Below are positions 45,311-55,743 of a stretch of 58,490 nucleotides of DNA, piece by piece; the stretch's first letter is position 1, and each line of letters opens with the position of its first letter. Under the pieces are notes generated by a model, which had not been told where the DNA came from, ran no database searches, and was given only the letters and a program-made list of their open reading frames with translations. The position numbers and the translations under genes are program-made. The stretch comes from Syntrophorhabdales bacterium (GTDB lineage Bacteria; Desulfobacterota; Syntrophorhabdia; Syntrophorhabdales; WCHB1-27), in NCBI GenBank assembly GCA_049521495.1, contig JBEKOT010000003.1, positions 1 to 58,490 of the forward strand. Reading direction: 5' to 3'.

Positions 45311-47521
45311 ATGCACAAAGTAACGAGAAGAGCCTTTATCAAGATATCGGGGGTAAGCGCTGCGGCCCTTGCTTTGAGCGACGGCCTGCTCGTGCCCCGG
45401 GCCGCCGCGCGGCCGGGATCGGTGGAAAAGGAAGAAACGGGGTATACCATTTGCGATGCCTGCAACGGTATCCCGCTCTGCGGGATCAAGTTCTACAGGA
45501 CAGGCGACGTCGTGACCCGCATCGAGCCCTGGCCCGGTTTCCCCACGGTGACCCTCTGCTCGAAGGCCTACGGCACCCTTCAACGAATATATCATCCCCG
45601 CAGGCTCAAGTACCCCATGAAACGGACCAGGCCCAAGGGTTCCCCCGACCCGGGTTACGTGCGGATTTCCTGGGATGAAGCCTACGACACGATCGTAGGC
45701 CACATGAAAAGGATCAGGGAAAAGTATGGTCCTCACAGGGTCTTCTTTTACGTAGGGGACCCTAAGGAGCCCAGGGCCGCGGTCCAGCGCCTGGCAGCCG
45801 TCTTCGGCTCTGTAAATTACGGCGATGAGAGCTCCACGGCCTGCCGGAAGGGGGCCAATACTGCCGAGGTTTTGACTTACGGGTTCGGCACTACCGGCAG
45901 CCCTCCGAACAAGGACACCAGGTCCATGCTCATCTGGGGAACCAACCCGCCCTATTCCGGCCCGGCCAACGAGTGGCAGGCTTTGCTCAAGGCCAAAGAG
46001 CGGGGGGTGAAATTCGTCGTGGTGGACCCGAGAAACACACCGACCGCAGGCATCCTCGCGGATGTGCACCTCCAGCCGCGACTAAATACCACGGCAGCTC
46101 TGGCAGCCGGCATAATGCACGTCATCTTCAAGGAGGACCTGCACGATAAGGCCTTCTGCTCGAAATGGATACACGGCATAGATGAGCTGAAGCAATACGT
46201 CAGGGCTTTTACTCCTGAGAAAACGGAGGAGATCACCGGGGTCCCGGCAAAAAAGATCGTCGATGCGGCCCGCGTGTACGCAAGCAATGCACCCGGCGGG
46301 ATGAAAACGAGCCCCCAGGGGACCACGCACGACTTGAACGCGGGCAACAATCACCGGGCCATTCTGATGATCCCGGCCATCTGCGGGTATATAGACGTCC
46401 CGGGTGGGGTGGAAGACCCCACCAATCCCCTGGAAGGCATGGGCGGGCCTTGGTCCAACGGTCCCCCTGCTTTTTGCATGAGAAAAAAGATGAACGATAT
46501 GAGAGAGCAACGGCTCGATCTCAAGGATTTCCCGGTCTTTGCCGAGCTCAATTTCGACGTGCAGACGAACCGCATGGTGGAGTACATCCACGAGGGAAAG
46601 GTGAAGGCATTCTTAGGCTGGGGCTTCAACATGATGATCTGGCCTCAGACCCACGAATACCAGAAAGCCTTCGAGGCCCTCGAGTTTTCCATGGCCGTCG
46701 ATTTCTTCTACAGGCCGTGGACCCACAATTACGTGGACCTGGTATTGCCCGGGGCCGTCAACTACGAGAGGCTCGCCCCTTTTGCCTTTCACGGCCGCAA
46801 GCTTTACGGCCGGACGCCCGTAAGGCCCATTGGAGAGTGCAAAGAGGACTGGCAGATCGCCCTCGACATCGGTGCGCGCCTCGGCCATCCCGAAACCTTT
46901 TTCAACGGAAGCGTCGAGGCCGCCTGCAATGACATCCTGAAAATGTGGAACGTGAACTACAACGACCTGCGAAAGGACATTGAGAAAGGGGTACTGATTC
47001 CTGCGAAAAAGCCCAACACCTCCCGAAAGTACGAGGTAGGTATGGCGAGACAGGACGGGAAGCCGGGATTCCCGACCCCTTCGGGAAAGATAGAAGCGGT
47101 TTCCCTGATCTTGAAGAAGCACGGGCTGACGGCCCTTCCCGAATACAAGGAGGGTTTCAGGACCACAAAGGACTACCCGCTGACGCTCCTTTCCGGGGGC
47201 AGAGTACCTTACATCACTCACAGCAAATGGCGCGACGACTCGCCGTGGTTGTTGGAGCTCGAGCCGGAGCCGCTCTTGAACATCCACCCCGACGACGCGG
47301 CAAGAAGGGGGATCAAAAAGGGAGATGAGGTGATCCTGAAATCCGAGTGGGGCGAGATCCGGGTTAAAGCCAAGCCCACGATCCTGGTTATGCCGGGGAT
47401 GGTGGGCATCATGCACGGGTGGGCCAGGGCAAACGTGAACGAACTGGTGCCGAGGCGGTTCGATCCCATCACCGGGTACCCGCCTTTCAAAGAAATCCCC
47501 GTAGAGGTCGTAAAGGCATAA
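45311..47521 (+). CDS. Tat-exported molybdopterin oxidoreductase catalytic subunit
   Basis: TRRAFIK twin-arginine signal; CDACNGIPLC...LCSKA Fe-S motif; RLKYPMKR, VVVDPR, FPTPSGKIE; molydop-binding C-terminus. Confidence 0.93.
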   Translation: MHKVTRRAFIKISGVSAAALALSDGLLVPRAAARPGSVEKEETGYTICDACNGIPLCGIKFYRTGDVVTRIEPWPGFPTVTLCSKAYGTLQRIYHPRRLKYPMKRTRPKGSPDPGYVRISWDEAYDTIVGHMKRIREKYGPHRVFFYVGDPKEPRAAVQRLAAVFGSVNYGDESSTACRKGANTAEVLTYGFGTTGSPPNKDTRSMLIWGTNPPYSGPANEWQALLKAKERGVKFVVVDPRNTPTAGILADVHLQPRLNTTAALAAGIMHVIFKEDLHDKAFCSKWIHGIDELKQYVRAFTPEKTEEITGVPAKKIVDAARVYASNAPGGMKTSPQGTTHDLNAGNNHRAILMIPAICGYIDVPGGVEDPTNPLEGMGGPWSNGPPAFCMRKKMNDMREQRLDLKDFPVFAELNFDVQTNRMVEYIHEGKVKAFLGWGFNMMIWPQTHEYQKAFEALEFSMAVDFFYRPWTHNYVDLVLPGAVNYERLAPFAFHGRKLYGRTPVRPIGECKEDWQIALDIGARLGHPETFFNGSVEAACNDILKMWNVNYNDLRKDIEKGVLIPAKKPNTSRKYEVGMARQDGKPGFPTPSGKIEAVSLILKKHGLTALPEYKEGFRTTKDYPLTLLSGGRVPYITHSKWRDDSPWLLELEPEPLLNIHPDDAARRGIKKGDEVILKSEWGEIRVKAKPTILVMPGMVGIMHGWARANVNELVPRRFDPITGYPPFKEIPVEVVKA

Positions 47522-47555
47522 AAAGGCCCTTCCGGGGAGAGGAGGAAGTCGCGTT

Positions 47556-48197
47556 ATGGCAAGATACGGGTTGATCGTCGACCTCAATATATGTACCGGC
47601 TGTATGACCTGCGTGCTTGCGTGCAAGCAGGAAAACCTCACCAGGCCCGGAATACAGTGGGCGAAGATACTTGAACTGGAGAACCCCGCCCTGGACCGGA
47701 TCGCCTACGTCAGAAAGGCCTGTATGCACTGTGACGACCCGCCCTGCCTCGAGTCCTGCTCGGCCAAGGCGATCTCGAAGCGTGCCGACGGGATCGTCCT
47801 GATCGACCAGAAGGCGTGCGTAGGATGCAAGGATTGTGTAAATGCCTGTCCCTACGGCGTGCCGCGGTTGAACCCCGAGAAGGAATATTTTCCCGGGACC
47901 GCCTTGCCCTATGAGAAGAATGCGGCGCCGTACCGCACCCAATTGGCCGGCAAGGCTTCCAAGTGCACTCTATGCGCGCACCGGGTAGACAAAGGGAAAG
48001 AGCCGGCCTGCGTCGAAGGGTGTCCTTCGAAGGCCCTCACGTTCTGCGACCTCGACGATCCGAAGGGCCCCATACGGAAGGGATTGGGGGAATCCAGGCA
48101 ACTTCTGGCCGAGCTGGGCACCCACCCCAAGGTTTCGTACATCGCTTCGAAGAACGCCTTCAAGCTCACGGAGGAGCGGATCCTGGAGAATAAGTAA
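47556..48197 (+). CDS. 4Fe-4S dicluster electron-transfer subunit (DmsB/NrfC type)
   Basis: CTGCMTCVLAC, CMHCDDPPC, CVGCKDCVNACPY, KCTLC...PACVEGCP. Confidence 0.94.
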   Translation: MARYGLIVDLNICTGCMTCVLACKQENLTRPGIQWAKILELENPALDRIAYVRKACMHCDDPPCLESCSAKAISKRADGIVLIDQKACVGCKDCVNACPYGVPRLNPEKEYFPGTALPYEKNAAPYRTQLAGKASKCTLCAHRVDKGKEPACVEGCPSKALTFCDLDDPKGPIRKGLGESRQLLAELGTHPKVSYIASKNAFKLTEERILENK

Positions 48198-48288
48198 ACC
48201 GTGTCCATCTCCGGCGCATGCTTTGCCGACCGCTGGGGCCTTGACATAAAGGGGATACGTAAAAGACCGGGGTTCGCGATACGATTTT

Positions 48289-49536
48289 TTATTCTTCGAA
48301 GACGACCGTCTTGAACTTTTTCTTGCCTACCTTGAACGTATAGCGACCGGGCCCGATGGGTAGAGATTTGGCCGTAACCTTCACGAAGTGGTCGCCCTTC
48401 GCTATATAGACGCCTCCCTGTTCGATCACCCTGTTGCCCTCGGACGTGGAACCGACGAGGCCGATCTCCTTCAGGAGACCGGACAGCCGAACATCTCCGT
48501 CATCCAATGTCAGTCTTTCTGTGACGTTGACGTTCAATGAGACGCTTTCCGTGTCCTCCGGTATCTCCCTCTGCCTGTGGACTTTCTTCCAGTTGTCTTC
48601 TGCCGAGGCGGCGGCTTCCGGGCTGTGGAACCGCTCCACCATCTCGTAAGCGAAGCGCATCTTCGCGTCCATGGGATGGACGCGCCCGGCCGCTATGCCT
48701 TCCTTCAGGTCCCCGAGGCTTTCCAGGGATATGTCGCTCAACAGCTCGTAGTAGCGGAGCATCAGGGTGTCGGAGATGGCCATGAGCTTCCCGAATATTA
48801 CGTCGGGCGGCTCGTCTATGCCGACATAGTTGCCGTAGCTCTTGCTCATCTTGTTGACGCCGTCCGTCCCTTCGAGGAGCGGCACGGTGAGCACTGCCTG
48901 CGGTTCCTGGCCGTAAGCCTTCTGGATCTCCCTACCCACCAGGAGATTGAAGATCTGGTCCGAGCCGCCGAGCTCGACATCGGCCTTCAGGGCGACCGAA
49001 TCGTAGCCCTGGACGAGGGGATAGAGAAACTCGTGTACGCTGATGGGCAGGCCCTTCTGATAGCGGTTCCTGAAATCGTCCCGCTCCAGCATTCGCGCCA
49101 CCGTATACTGGGCGCAGAGCCTGATCATGTCGCCGGCATTCATCGCCTCCATCCATTCGCTGTTGAACCTTATCTCCGTCTTCTCCGGATCGAGGATTTT
49201 GAAAACCTGCCTCTTGTACGTCTCGGCGTTCTCAACGAGCTGCTCGCGCGTCAGCACGGGCCTCGTCTCTATCCTGCCCGTCGGATCGCCTATCATCCCG
49301 GTAAAATCACCGACCAGAAAGATCGCCGTGTGGCCCAGTTCCTGGAACTGCTTCAGCTTCTGGAGGACCACCGTATGGCCCAGGTGCAGATCGGGTGCGG
49401 TCGGGTCCATGCCCAGCTTTATCCGCAGAGGTCTCTTCTCTGCTTTCGCCCTCACCAGCTTGTTCTTCATTTCGTTGGCGCTGATGAGCTCGACAGCACC
49501 CCGCAAGATGACCTCCATCTCCCTTTCAAGGTCCAT
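48289..49536 (-). CDS. tyrS: Tyrosine--tRNA ligase
   Basis: [27 protein letters not shown]4-like C-terminus. Confidence 0.97.
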   Translation of the reverse strand: MDLEREMEVILRGAVELISANEMKNKLVRAKAEKRPLRIKLGMDPTAPDLHLGHTVVLQKLKQFQELGHTAIFLVGDFTGMIGDPTGRIETRPVLTREQLVENAETYKRQVFKILDPEKTEIRFNSEWMEAMNAGDMIRLCAQYTVARMLERDDFRNRYQKGLPISVHEFLYPLVQGYDSVALKADVELGGSDQIFNLLVGREIQKAYGQEPQAVLTVPLLEGTDGVNKMSKSYGNYVGIDEPPDVIFGKLMAISDTLMLRYYELLSDISLESLGDLKEGIAAGRVHPMDAKMRFAYEMVERFHSPEAAASAEDNWKKVHRQREIPEDTESVSLNVNVTERLTLDDGDVRLSGLLKEIGLVGSTSEGNRVIEQGGVYIAKGDHFVKVTAKSLPIGPGRYTFKVGKKKFKTVVFEE

Positions 49537-49538
49537 CT

Positions 49539-50318
49539 TCAGCCCACCTTCTCCCTGATCCTTTCTATCTTCAGGCAATGTCTCGTGCGGTTATTGATGG
49601 TGATAACGGCGCCCTGGACTTCGATGTCGCCCTTCGCGACCTCGTATTTCTGCGGCAGCTGGGTGACGAACCTCTCGATCACAGCCACCTTGTCCATGCC
49701 TATAACCGAGTTGACCGGCCCGGTCATGCCGAGGTCCGTAATATATCCGGTCCCCTTCGGAAGTATCGTCTCGTCCGATGTTTGAACGTGCGTATGGGTC
49801 CCAACCACGCAGGCGACCCTGCCATCCAGAAACCAGCCCATGGCGACTTTCTCGGAGGTCGCTTCCGCATGGAAATCGACGATGATGGGAACCTCGTCGC
49901 TCTCCGCCACCAGGAACTCCTCCATAGCGCGGAAAGGACAGTCCAGGGTGTTCATAAAAGTCCTGCCTTCGATATTGGCTATGCGGACCGCTTTATCCCC
50001 CTTTTGAACGAGAGTAGCGCCGAAGCCGGGCGTGCCCTGAGGGTAGTTGAGCGGCCTGATGACCCGCTGCTCCGCCATCAGGTAAGGGATGATCTCTCTC
50101 TTCTTCCAGACGTGGTTGCCCGTAGTTATGGCGTCGGCCCCCGCCTCGAGCATCTCCATGGCAAGGGCAGGGGTGATGCCCAGCCCCCCGGCGGTGTTTT
50201 CACCGTTGATTATTTTGAAATCCGCCCGGTACTCCTTCAAGAACCGGCTGGCGGCCGCACGCCCGGGCTTGCCGACGACATCGCCGAGAAAGAGCACCGT
50301 AAAGAGGTCATCGGGCAT
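49539..50318 (-). CDS. ymdB: YmdB-like metallophosphoesterase
   Basis: [37 protein letters not shown]; follows rny. Confidence 0.93.
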   Translation of the reverse strand: MPDDLFTVLFLGDVVGKPGRAAASRFLKEYRADFKIINGENTAGGLGITPALAMEMLEAGADAITTGNHVWKKREIIPYLMAEQRVIRPLNYPQGTPGFGATLVQKGDKAVRIANIEGRTFMNTLDCPFRAMEEFLVAESDEVPIIVDFHAEATSEKVAMGWFLDGRVACVVGTHTHVQTSDETILPKGTGYITDLGMTGPVNSVIGMDKVAVIERFVTQLPQKYEVAKGDIEVQGAVITINNRTRHCLKIERIREKVG

Positions 50319-51858
50319 ATTCGACCGCTCTCGTCTCCCGTATGACCACTACCTTGATCTGACCGGGATAGGTCAGCTCCGTCTCGACCTTCTTAGCGAT
50401 GTCCTTGGACAGAAGAAAGATGGCGTCGTCGTTCAGCTTATCGCTGCTCACGACGATCCTGATCTCCCTGCCCGCCTGGATGGCATAGCATTTCTCGACT
50501 CCCGAAAAGCTCGAGGCGATCCGCTCGAGCTCTTCCAGCCTCTTGATGTACGATTCGAGCATTTCCCGCCGCGCTCCGGGCCGCGCACCGGAAAGGGCGT
50601 CCGCCGCCTGCACGATTACGTCTATGAGGCTTGCGGGGCCGACCTCTTCGTGGTGGGCCAGTATGGCGTGGACAATCTCATCGCTCTCCCCGTATTTCTT
50701 CGCCAGGTCGGCGCCTATGGCCGAATGGGAGCCCTCGATCTCATGATCGACGGCCTTTCCGATGTCGTGGAGCAAACCTGCCCGCTTCGCCGCCTGCACG
50801 TTGAGCTTGAGCTCTGCCGCTATTATGCCGCTTATAAAGGCAACCTCAAGGGAGTGCTGATAGACGTTCTGGGAGTAACTGCTCCTGAACTTCAGCCTGC
50901 CCAGCAACTTTACCACCTCCGGGTGGACGTTGTGCACGCCCGCGTCGAAGACCGCCTGCTCGCCCGTCGTCTTCAACTTTTCTTCCAGCTCCTCTGCGAC
51001 CTTCGTAACGATCTCCTCGATGCGTGCGGGATGTATCCTGCCGTCCGAGATCAGCCGCTCTATGGCGACCCGGGCCACCTCCCTCCTTATGGGGTTGAAG
51101 CAGGATAAGATAACGGCCTCGGGCGTGTCGTCGATGATGATATCGACGCCGGTTGCCGCTTCGAGGGCCCTTATGTTGCGCCCTTCCCTGCCTATTATGC
51201 GCCCCTTCATCTCTTCGTTGGGCAGGGACACCACGGAAACCGCGTCCTCGGCCACATACTCGCCCGCGTAACGCTGGATCGCAACGGCCAGTATCTCTTT
51301 TGCCTTCTTGTCCGCCTTCTCCCGCGACTCCTCCTCTATCCTCCTGGCAATCTTCGTCGCCTCATAGCGCGCCTCGTCCTCCATCGCCTGCATGAGTATT
51401 TTCTTGGCATCCTCTGCAGTGAGGGTGGCTATCTCCTCCAGCTTCTTCCTTTGCTCGTTGATCGTCCTGTCGTACTCGCCTATCTTGCCCTCAAGGTAGA
51501 GCTCGCGGCCCGCGAGCTGTCTCTCCCTTTTCGCAAGCTCCTCTTCCTTCTTGTCCAGGCCTTCCATTTTCTTATCGATGTTCGACTCTTTCTGGGACAG
51601 GCGCCTTTCCGTGCTCTGCAGATCGGCCTTCCTGTTCCTTACCTCCTGCTCCAGCTCATTCCTCGCCTGGATAACTATATCCTTTGCCTGGATCGACGCT
51701 TCCCGGCGGGCGACATCGGCCTCTTTCTTCGCCTCTTCGAGTATCTTGCGACCTACCGTATGGTATTCGCCGATCTTCTTTTTTTGCACTAATTTGGCTG
51801 CGAGATATCCGGCAACGATACCTGCTATGCAGATCGTTAAAGTGATTAGTATATTCAA
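50308..51858 (-). CDS. rny: Ribonuclease Y
   Basis: N-terminal TM, coiled coil, KH motif [14 protein letters not shown] motif [14 protein letters not shown]. Confidence 0.97.
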   Translation of the reverse strand: MNILITLTICIAGIVAGYLAAKLVQKKKIGEYHTVGRKILEEAKKEADVARREASIQAKDIVIQARNELEQEVRNRKADLQSTERRLSQKESNIDKKMEGLDKKEEELAKRERQLAGRELYLEGKIGEYDRTINEQRKKLEEIATLTAEDAKKILMQAMEDEARYEATKIARRIEEESREKADKKAKEILAVAIQRYAGEYVAEDAVSVVSLPNEEMKGRIIGREGRNIRALEAATGVDIIIDDTPEAVILSCFNPIRREVARVAIERLISDGRIHPARIEEIVTKVAEELEEKLKTTGEQAVFDAGVHNVHPEVVKLLGRLKFRSSYSQNVYQHSLEVAFISGIIAAELKLNVQAAKRAGLLHDIGKAVDHEIEGSHSAIGADLAKKYGESDEIVHAILAHHEEVGPASLIDVIVQAADALSGARPGARREMLESYIKRLEELERIASSFSGVEKCYAIQAGREIRIVVSSDKLNDDAIFLLSKDIAKKVETELTYPGQIKVVVIRETRAVEYAR

Positions 51859-52002
51859 GGTCCCCCCCTATTAGAACCTATAAGGGGGTAGCACGAGGAT
51901 CGAGTCTTCCTGAGTTATCGGCCGATTCTAATGCCAAACCTCCGAAAAAGCAGAGTATTATATATATTCAACTCCTTTGTCCTCGGTACTACCCCAAAAA
52001 AA

Positions 52003-52178
52003 GACCCCGCGGGTGCCGTGTAGACAATAAATCTCGAACCTCTCAAGTAAAGTGGGGGCCTTTCTGCTGCTTTACGCGTCTTGCTCGGAGGCAAGCATGC
52101 AATCCGCAGCATGTACAGGCTCCCCGCAAAGAGGTGTTGGCTCTAAGTTTACCATTTATCACGAGCACCGCAGGGAAT
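52003..52178 (-). ncRNA. ssrS: 6S RNA
   Basis: Directly downstream of zapA (conserved ssrS position); 5' TCCCTGCGGTGCTCGTG pairs with 3' CACGGCACCCGCGGGG, closing a roughly 175-nt rod with central purine-rich bubbles. Confidence 0.82.
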
Positions 52179-52442
52179 CTCAACGTCCTCAACCTTTCTC
52201 AAAAGCCTCAGGGTCCTGTCTTCGACCCTGCCGAACTGTTCCTTCATTTCCAGGTAGCTATCGGTCATCCTCATTAAAGCCATTATGACCGAGTTCAATG
52301 TGCTTACGATCCCGAATTCCCTTGTCGCTTCCCTTATTTCTCGGTCGACGAGATCGGCGACCCTCCTGATCCGCTCCTCGTCGTCGCACATGAATGTAAA
52401 AGCCTGATTGAGTATGCTTACTTCCACTCTACGCAAGGCCAC
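52149..52442 (-). CDS. zapA: Cell division protein ZapA
   Basis: VEVSILNQAF, RVADLVDREI, MALM; position between zapB and 6S RNA. Confidence 0.85.
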   Translation of the reverse strand: MALRRVEVSILNQAFTFMCDDEERIRRVADLVDREIREATREFGIVSTLNSVIMALMRMTDSYLEMKEQFGRVEDRTLRLLRKVEDVEIPCGARDKW

Positions 52443-52521
52443 GCCGTTATCTCCGACCGTTTAGCTCCTGCCCTCATGTCATCTCACGCTGCCGTAGCTC
52501 ACAGATACAGCCTCCGGTCGC

Positions 52522-52758
52522 TCACGCTTCCACCCTCTGGATCTTATCGAGGATGGCCTTAACCTTCTGCATGACTGTTTCCTTTTCGACCTCTACCTTT
52601 GCAACCTCCTCCTTTAGCTGTCTGTTCTCCGCCTCCAGGGACGCAATCCTGCCGGCAAGGTCTGCTTTCTCGCCCCTAATCTCGCCGTATTTCCTGAGGA
52701 GGACATCGATTTTCTCCTCCAGCTCTCCGAGCCTATTGTCGCCAAATAGCTCTTCCAT
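52522..52758 (-). CDS. zapB: Cell division protein ZapB-like coiled coil
   Basis: LEEKIDVLL...ENRQLKEE...KVKAILDKI; upstream of zapA. Confidence 0.75.
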   Translation of the reverse strand: MEELFGDNRLGELEEKIDVLLRKYGEIRGEKADLAGRIASLEAENRQLKEEVAKVEVEKETVMQKVKAILDKIQRVEA

Positions 52759-52767
52759 ATCGAATAC

Positions 52768-53881
52768 TTAACCTCTTTTATCCTCGAAAGTCAAGTACAA
52801 AAGGCAGGCCTTGATGAATTGGTCCAGGTCGCCGTCGAGTACACTTTCGGCGTTGTGCGCCTCCAGTTTCGTCCTGTGGTCCTTTATGAGCTTGTACGGG
52901 TGGAGCGTGTAAGAGCGTATCTGGCTCCCCCAGGCGATCTCCTTTTTCTCCTTGTTCAACTGGCTCATCTTTTCTTCCTGTTTCCTCTTCTCCAGCTCGT
53001 AGATCCTGGCCTTGAGGATCGACATGGCGATGCCCTTGTTCTTGTGCTGCGAACGCTCGTTCTGGCACTGGACCACTATGCCGGTGGGCAGATGGGTGAT
53101 CCGTATGGCCGAGTCCGTCCTGTTGACGTGCTGGCCGCCCGGACCGCTCGCGCGGAAGGTGTCTATCTTCAGGTCCTCCTCACGGATATCCACATGGATC
53201 TCCTCGGGGATCTCCGGGTAGGCATAGACAGACGCAAAAGACGTGTGTCTCCTGGCATTCGCGTCGAAGGGAGAGATGCGCACGAGCCGGTGGATGCCGC
53301 TCTCGCACTTCAGGTAGCCGTAGGCGTAAGGGCCCGACACCAGGAACGTGACGTTCTTCACGCCTGCCTCCTCACCGGGCAGGAGGTCGACCACCTGGGT
53401 CTCGAATCCTTTTTTCTCGGCCCACTTGAGGTACATCCTAAGGAGCATCTCCGCCCAGTCCTGCGCCTCCGTCCCGCCCGCTCCGGCGTTTATGTACATT
53501 ATGGCGTTTTCCACGTCATTTTCCCCGGCCAGCATGCGCTCTATTTCGTATCTGTCGAGCTCCTTGTCAAGGGCCTCTACCCTGCGGTCGAGCTCGGCAA
53601 CGTCATCGCTGTCCTCCGTTTCCCTGGCAATCTCGCTCAGGATAAGGATCTCCTCGAGCTCCTTCTCTTTGGCCTCCCATCGGGACAGCTCGTCCTGCAG
53701 CCTGGCCCTCTCTCTGAGGAGCTTCTGCGCCTTCTCCTGGTCCGCCCAGAAATCTTTTTGCGCTAGAGTTTGGTCGTATTCCCCGATGCGTGCTTTGAGG
53801 GCAGAGGTGTCAAAGATAACCTCTGAGCGACCGCATGCGTTCGATGAGCGTATCCGTTCTCGATCTTATGTCATCAATCAT
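52768..53881 (-). CDS. prfB: Peptide chain release factor 2 (programmed +1 frameshift)
   Basis: ATG 53881 MIDDIRSRTDTLIERMRSLRGYL, then CTT-TGA-C; +1 frame continues DTSALKARIGE...DFW...GGTEAQDW...SPF...GGQ. Confidence 0.96.
53809..53824 (-). promoter_or_regulatory. prfB frameshift site with internal SD-like sequence
   Basis: Minus strand AGAGGT-TAT-CTTTGAC. Confidence 0.93.
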
Positions 53882-53921
53882 ATCGTCCCCTTAATTTTCG
53901 ATGTCCGATTAAAAGCCCCCT

Positions 53922-55733
53922 CTATTCCTCCGCCTTGGTCAGGTCTTCGAACTTGATGTCAAGGCCCAGGACCGCCGCGATGTCTCCGGTATCGTCGTGG
54001 ACGGGGCCGGAGACCGTTATGCAAAGGGCGCTCGTGATCTTCGACGAATAAACGCCCGTAACCGATATCTTGCCCGTCTTCATCGGCTCGATGAACCAAT
54101 CCCGGTCGGAGAAGTCCTCGTGAAGGTCTATCTTGGCATATTTTGCCCTGTCTACAGCCTGGGTGATGTTCCTCGTGATCTTCACCCCTTCGGCGTTGAC
54201 CACGTAGGCAAACTGTATGTAAGGATAATCGCCGACAAGCCCCTTCAGCACCTCTTCCTGGCGCTCCGGCACCATGCTCTTGATTTCGTCCTCTTCAATG
54301 TACCGCTCGATCAGGTGGGCGGCCATGTCGTAGGCCCTCTTCTTCAACATGTCGAATTCCGAAGGGAAGATCGCTGGGATGTACCTGCGCACGAGATGCT
54401 CCATCTCTTCGTCGGATATGGCTGTTACCCTCCCCTCTTCGTACACTTTCAGGATTCGCTTGTTGATCTTCGCGACGCCCGGATGGCCCTTATCTATGGC
54501 ATCGTGCCCGACAAGGGCGAAATGGGAATTGATCCAGTGGGCTATGCCCGCAAGGCCCGACTTGTCCGTTATGTTTACCGCTATCGGCCTATTGAGGATC
54601 CTCTTTGTATCGAAGGCGGTGTAGACCTCCTCGTTTTTCGCCAGGCCGTCTATGTGGACCCCTGCGGAGGTGGCGTTGAAGTCGGAGCCGACGAAGGGCT
54701 GGTTCCTTGGGATGTGCATGCCCACCTCCTTTTCGAAGTAGTTCCGCGCGTCAGTGATCGCCTTAGTATCGACCCCGTTTTCGTCCCCTATGAGCGATAT
54801 GTACTCTATGATCAGGCCTTCTATGGGCGAATTGCCCGTCCTCTCCCCGATGCCGAGGATGGTCCCGTTCGCAAAAGTGCAACCGTAGAGCCACGCGCTG
54901 ACCGCGTTCACCACTCCCCTGTAAAAGTCGTTGTGGCCGTGCCACTCGAGGAACTCGGAGGGCACGCCGGCGTCATCGATCATGGCCCGGATGATCTTTC
55001 CTATGGAGCGCGGCAGGGCCGTCCCCGGATAGGTGATGCCGAGACCGAGGGTGTCGCACAGGCGTATCTTCACGGGGATCCTCGCATTCTCCGAGAGCGA
55101 CATGAGCGCCTGCGCGAAGGGGACGCAAAAGCCGTGGATATCGGCCCTCGTGATGTCCTCGAAGTGGCACCGCGGCACGATGCCGCTCTCCAGCGCCGCC
55201 TCTACGATCTTGAGGTATTCCTTGAATACCTGCGACCGCGTCTTCTTCATCTTGTAGAATATGTGGTAGTCCGATATGCTCGTGAGCATGCCCGTCTCTT
55301 TGAGGCCGAAATCGCGGACGAGCTGCAGGTCATCCTTGTTTGCCCTTATCCATCCCGTAATCTCGGGGTAGCGGTATCCTTTTTCGAGGCACCTTGCAAC
55401 CGCCTCCTTGTCTTTTTCCGTATAGAGGAAAAACTCGGTCTGGCGAATCACGCCGTTTGGCCCTGACAGCCGATGGAGGAAATTGAAAATGTCCTCGACC
55501 TGTTGAACGGAGAAGGGGGGCCTCGATTGCTGCCCGTCCCTGAAGGTGGTGTCCGTGATGAATATCTCTTCCGGCGGGTCGATGGACTCGATCTTGTGGT
55601 CGAAGCTTACCCTCACCATTTCGCTGTAAGGAAAGACGCTCCGGAACAGCTCCGGCTTCTCCACGTCGACCAGAGGGAACTTCCCGCTCTTTACGATGTT
55701 CTTGAAAATGAAGCCCTTGCTTTTTTTCGCCAA
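53922..55733 (-). CDS. Re-citrate synthase-like DRE-TIM metallolyase with C-terminal Cache-like domain
   Basis: ITDTTFRDGQQS, RQTEFFLY, CHFEDITRAD, CDTLG, EWHGHNDF, GERTGN; C-terminal DRDWF...YSSKIT..CITVSGP...VLGLDI. Confidence 0.82.
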   Translation of the reverse strand: MAKKSKGFIFKNIVKSGKFPLVDVEKPELFRSVFPYSEMVRVSFDHKIESIDPPEEIFITDTTFRDGQQSRPPFSVQQVEDIFNFLHRLSGPNGVIRQTEFFLYTEKDKEAVARCLEKGYRYPEITGWIRANKDDLQLVRDFGLKETGMLTSISDYHIFYKMKKTRSQVFKEYLKIVEAALESGIVPRCHFEDITRADIHGFCVPFAQALMSLSENARIPVKIRLCDTLGLGITYPGTALPRSIGKIIRAMIDDAGVPSEFLEWHGHNDFYRGVVNAVSAWLYGCTFANGTILGIGERTGNSPIEGLIIEYISLIGDENGVDTKAITDARNYFEKEVGMHIPRNQPFVGSDFNATSAGVHIDGLAKNEEVYTAFDTKRILNRPIAVNITDKSGLAGIAHWINSHFALVGHDAIDKGHPGVAKINKRILKVYEEGRVTAISDEEMEHLVRRYIPAIFPSEFDMLKKRAYDMAAHLIERYIEEDEIKSMVPERQEEVLKGLVGDYPYIQFAYVVNAEGVKITRNITQAVDRAKYAKIDLHEDFSDRDWFIEPMKTGKISVTGVYSSKITSALCITVSGPVHDDTGDIAAVLGLDIKFEDLTKAEE

Positions 55734-55743
55734 CCCTTACACC

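Noticed and set aside
52768-53535. N-terminally truncated or pseudogenised prfB
   Set aside because: Explained by the canonical CTTTGAC programmed frameshift
53997-55466. Long alternative-frame ORFs (for example 53997-55466 +, 7949-9136 +, 31942-33222 -, 48577-49785 +, 15310-16323 +)
   Set aside because: Shadow ORFs overlapping well-supported genes, expected in GC-rich DNA; no recognisable motifs or RBS
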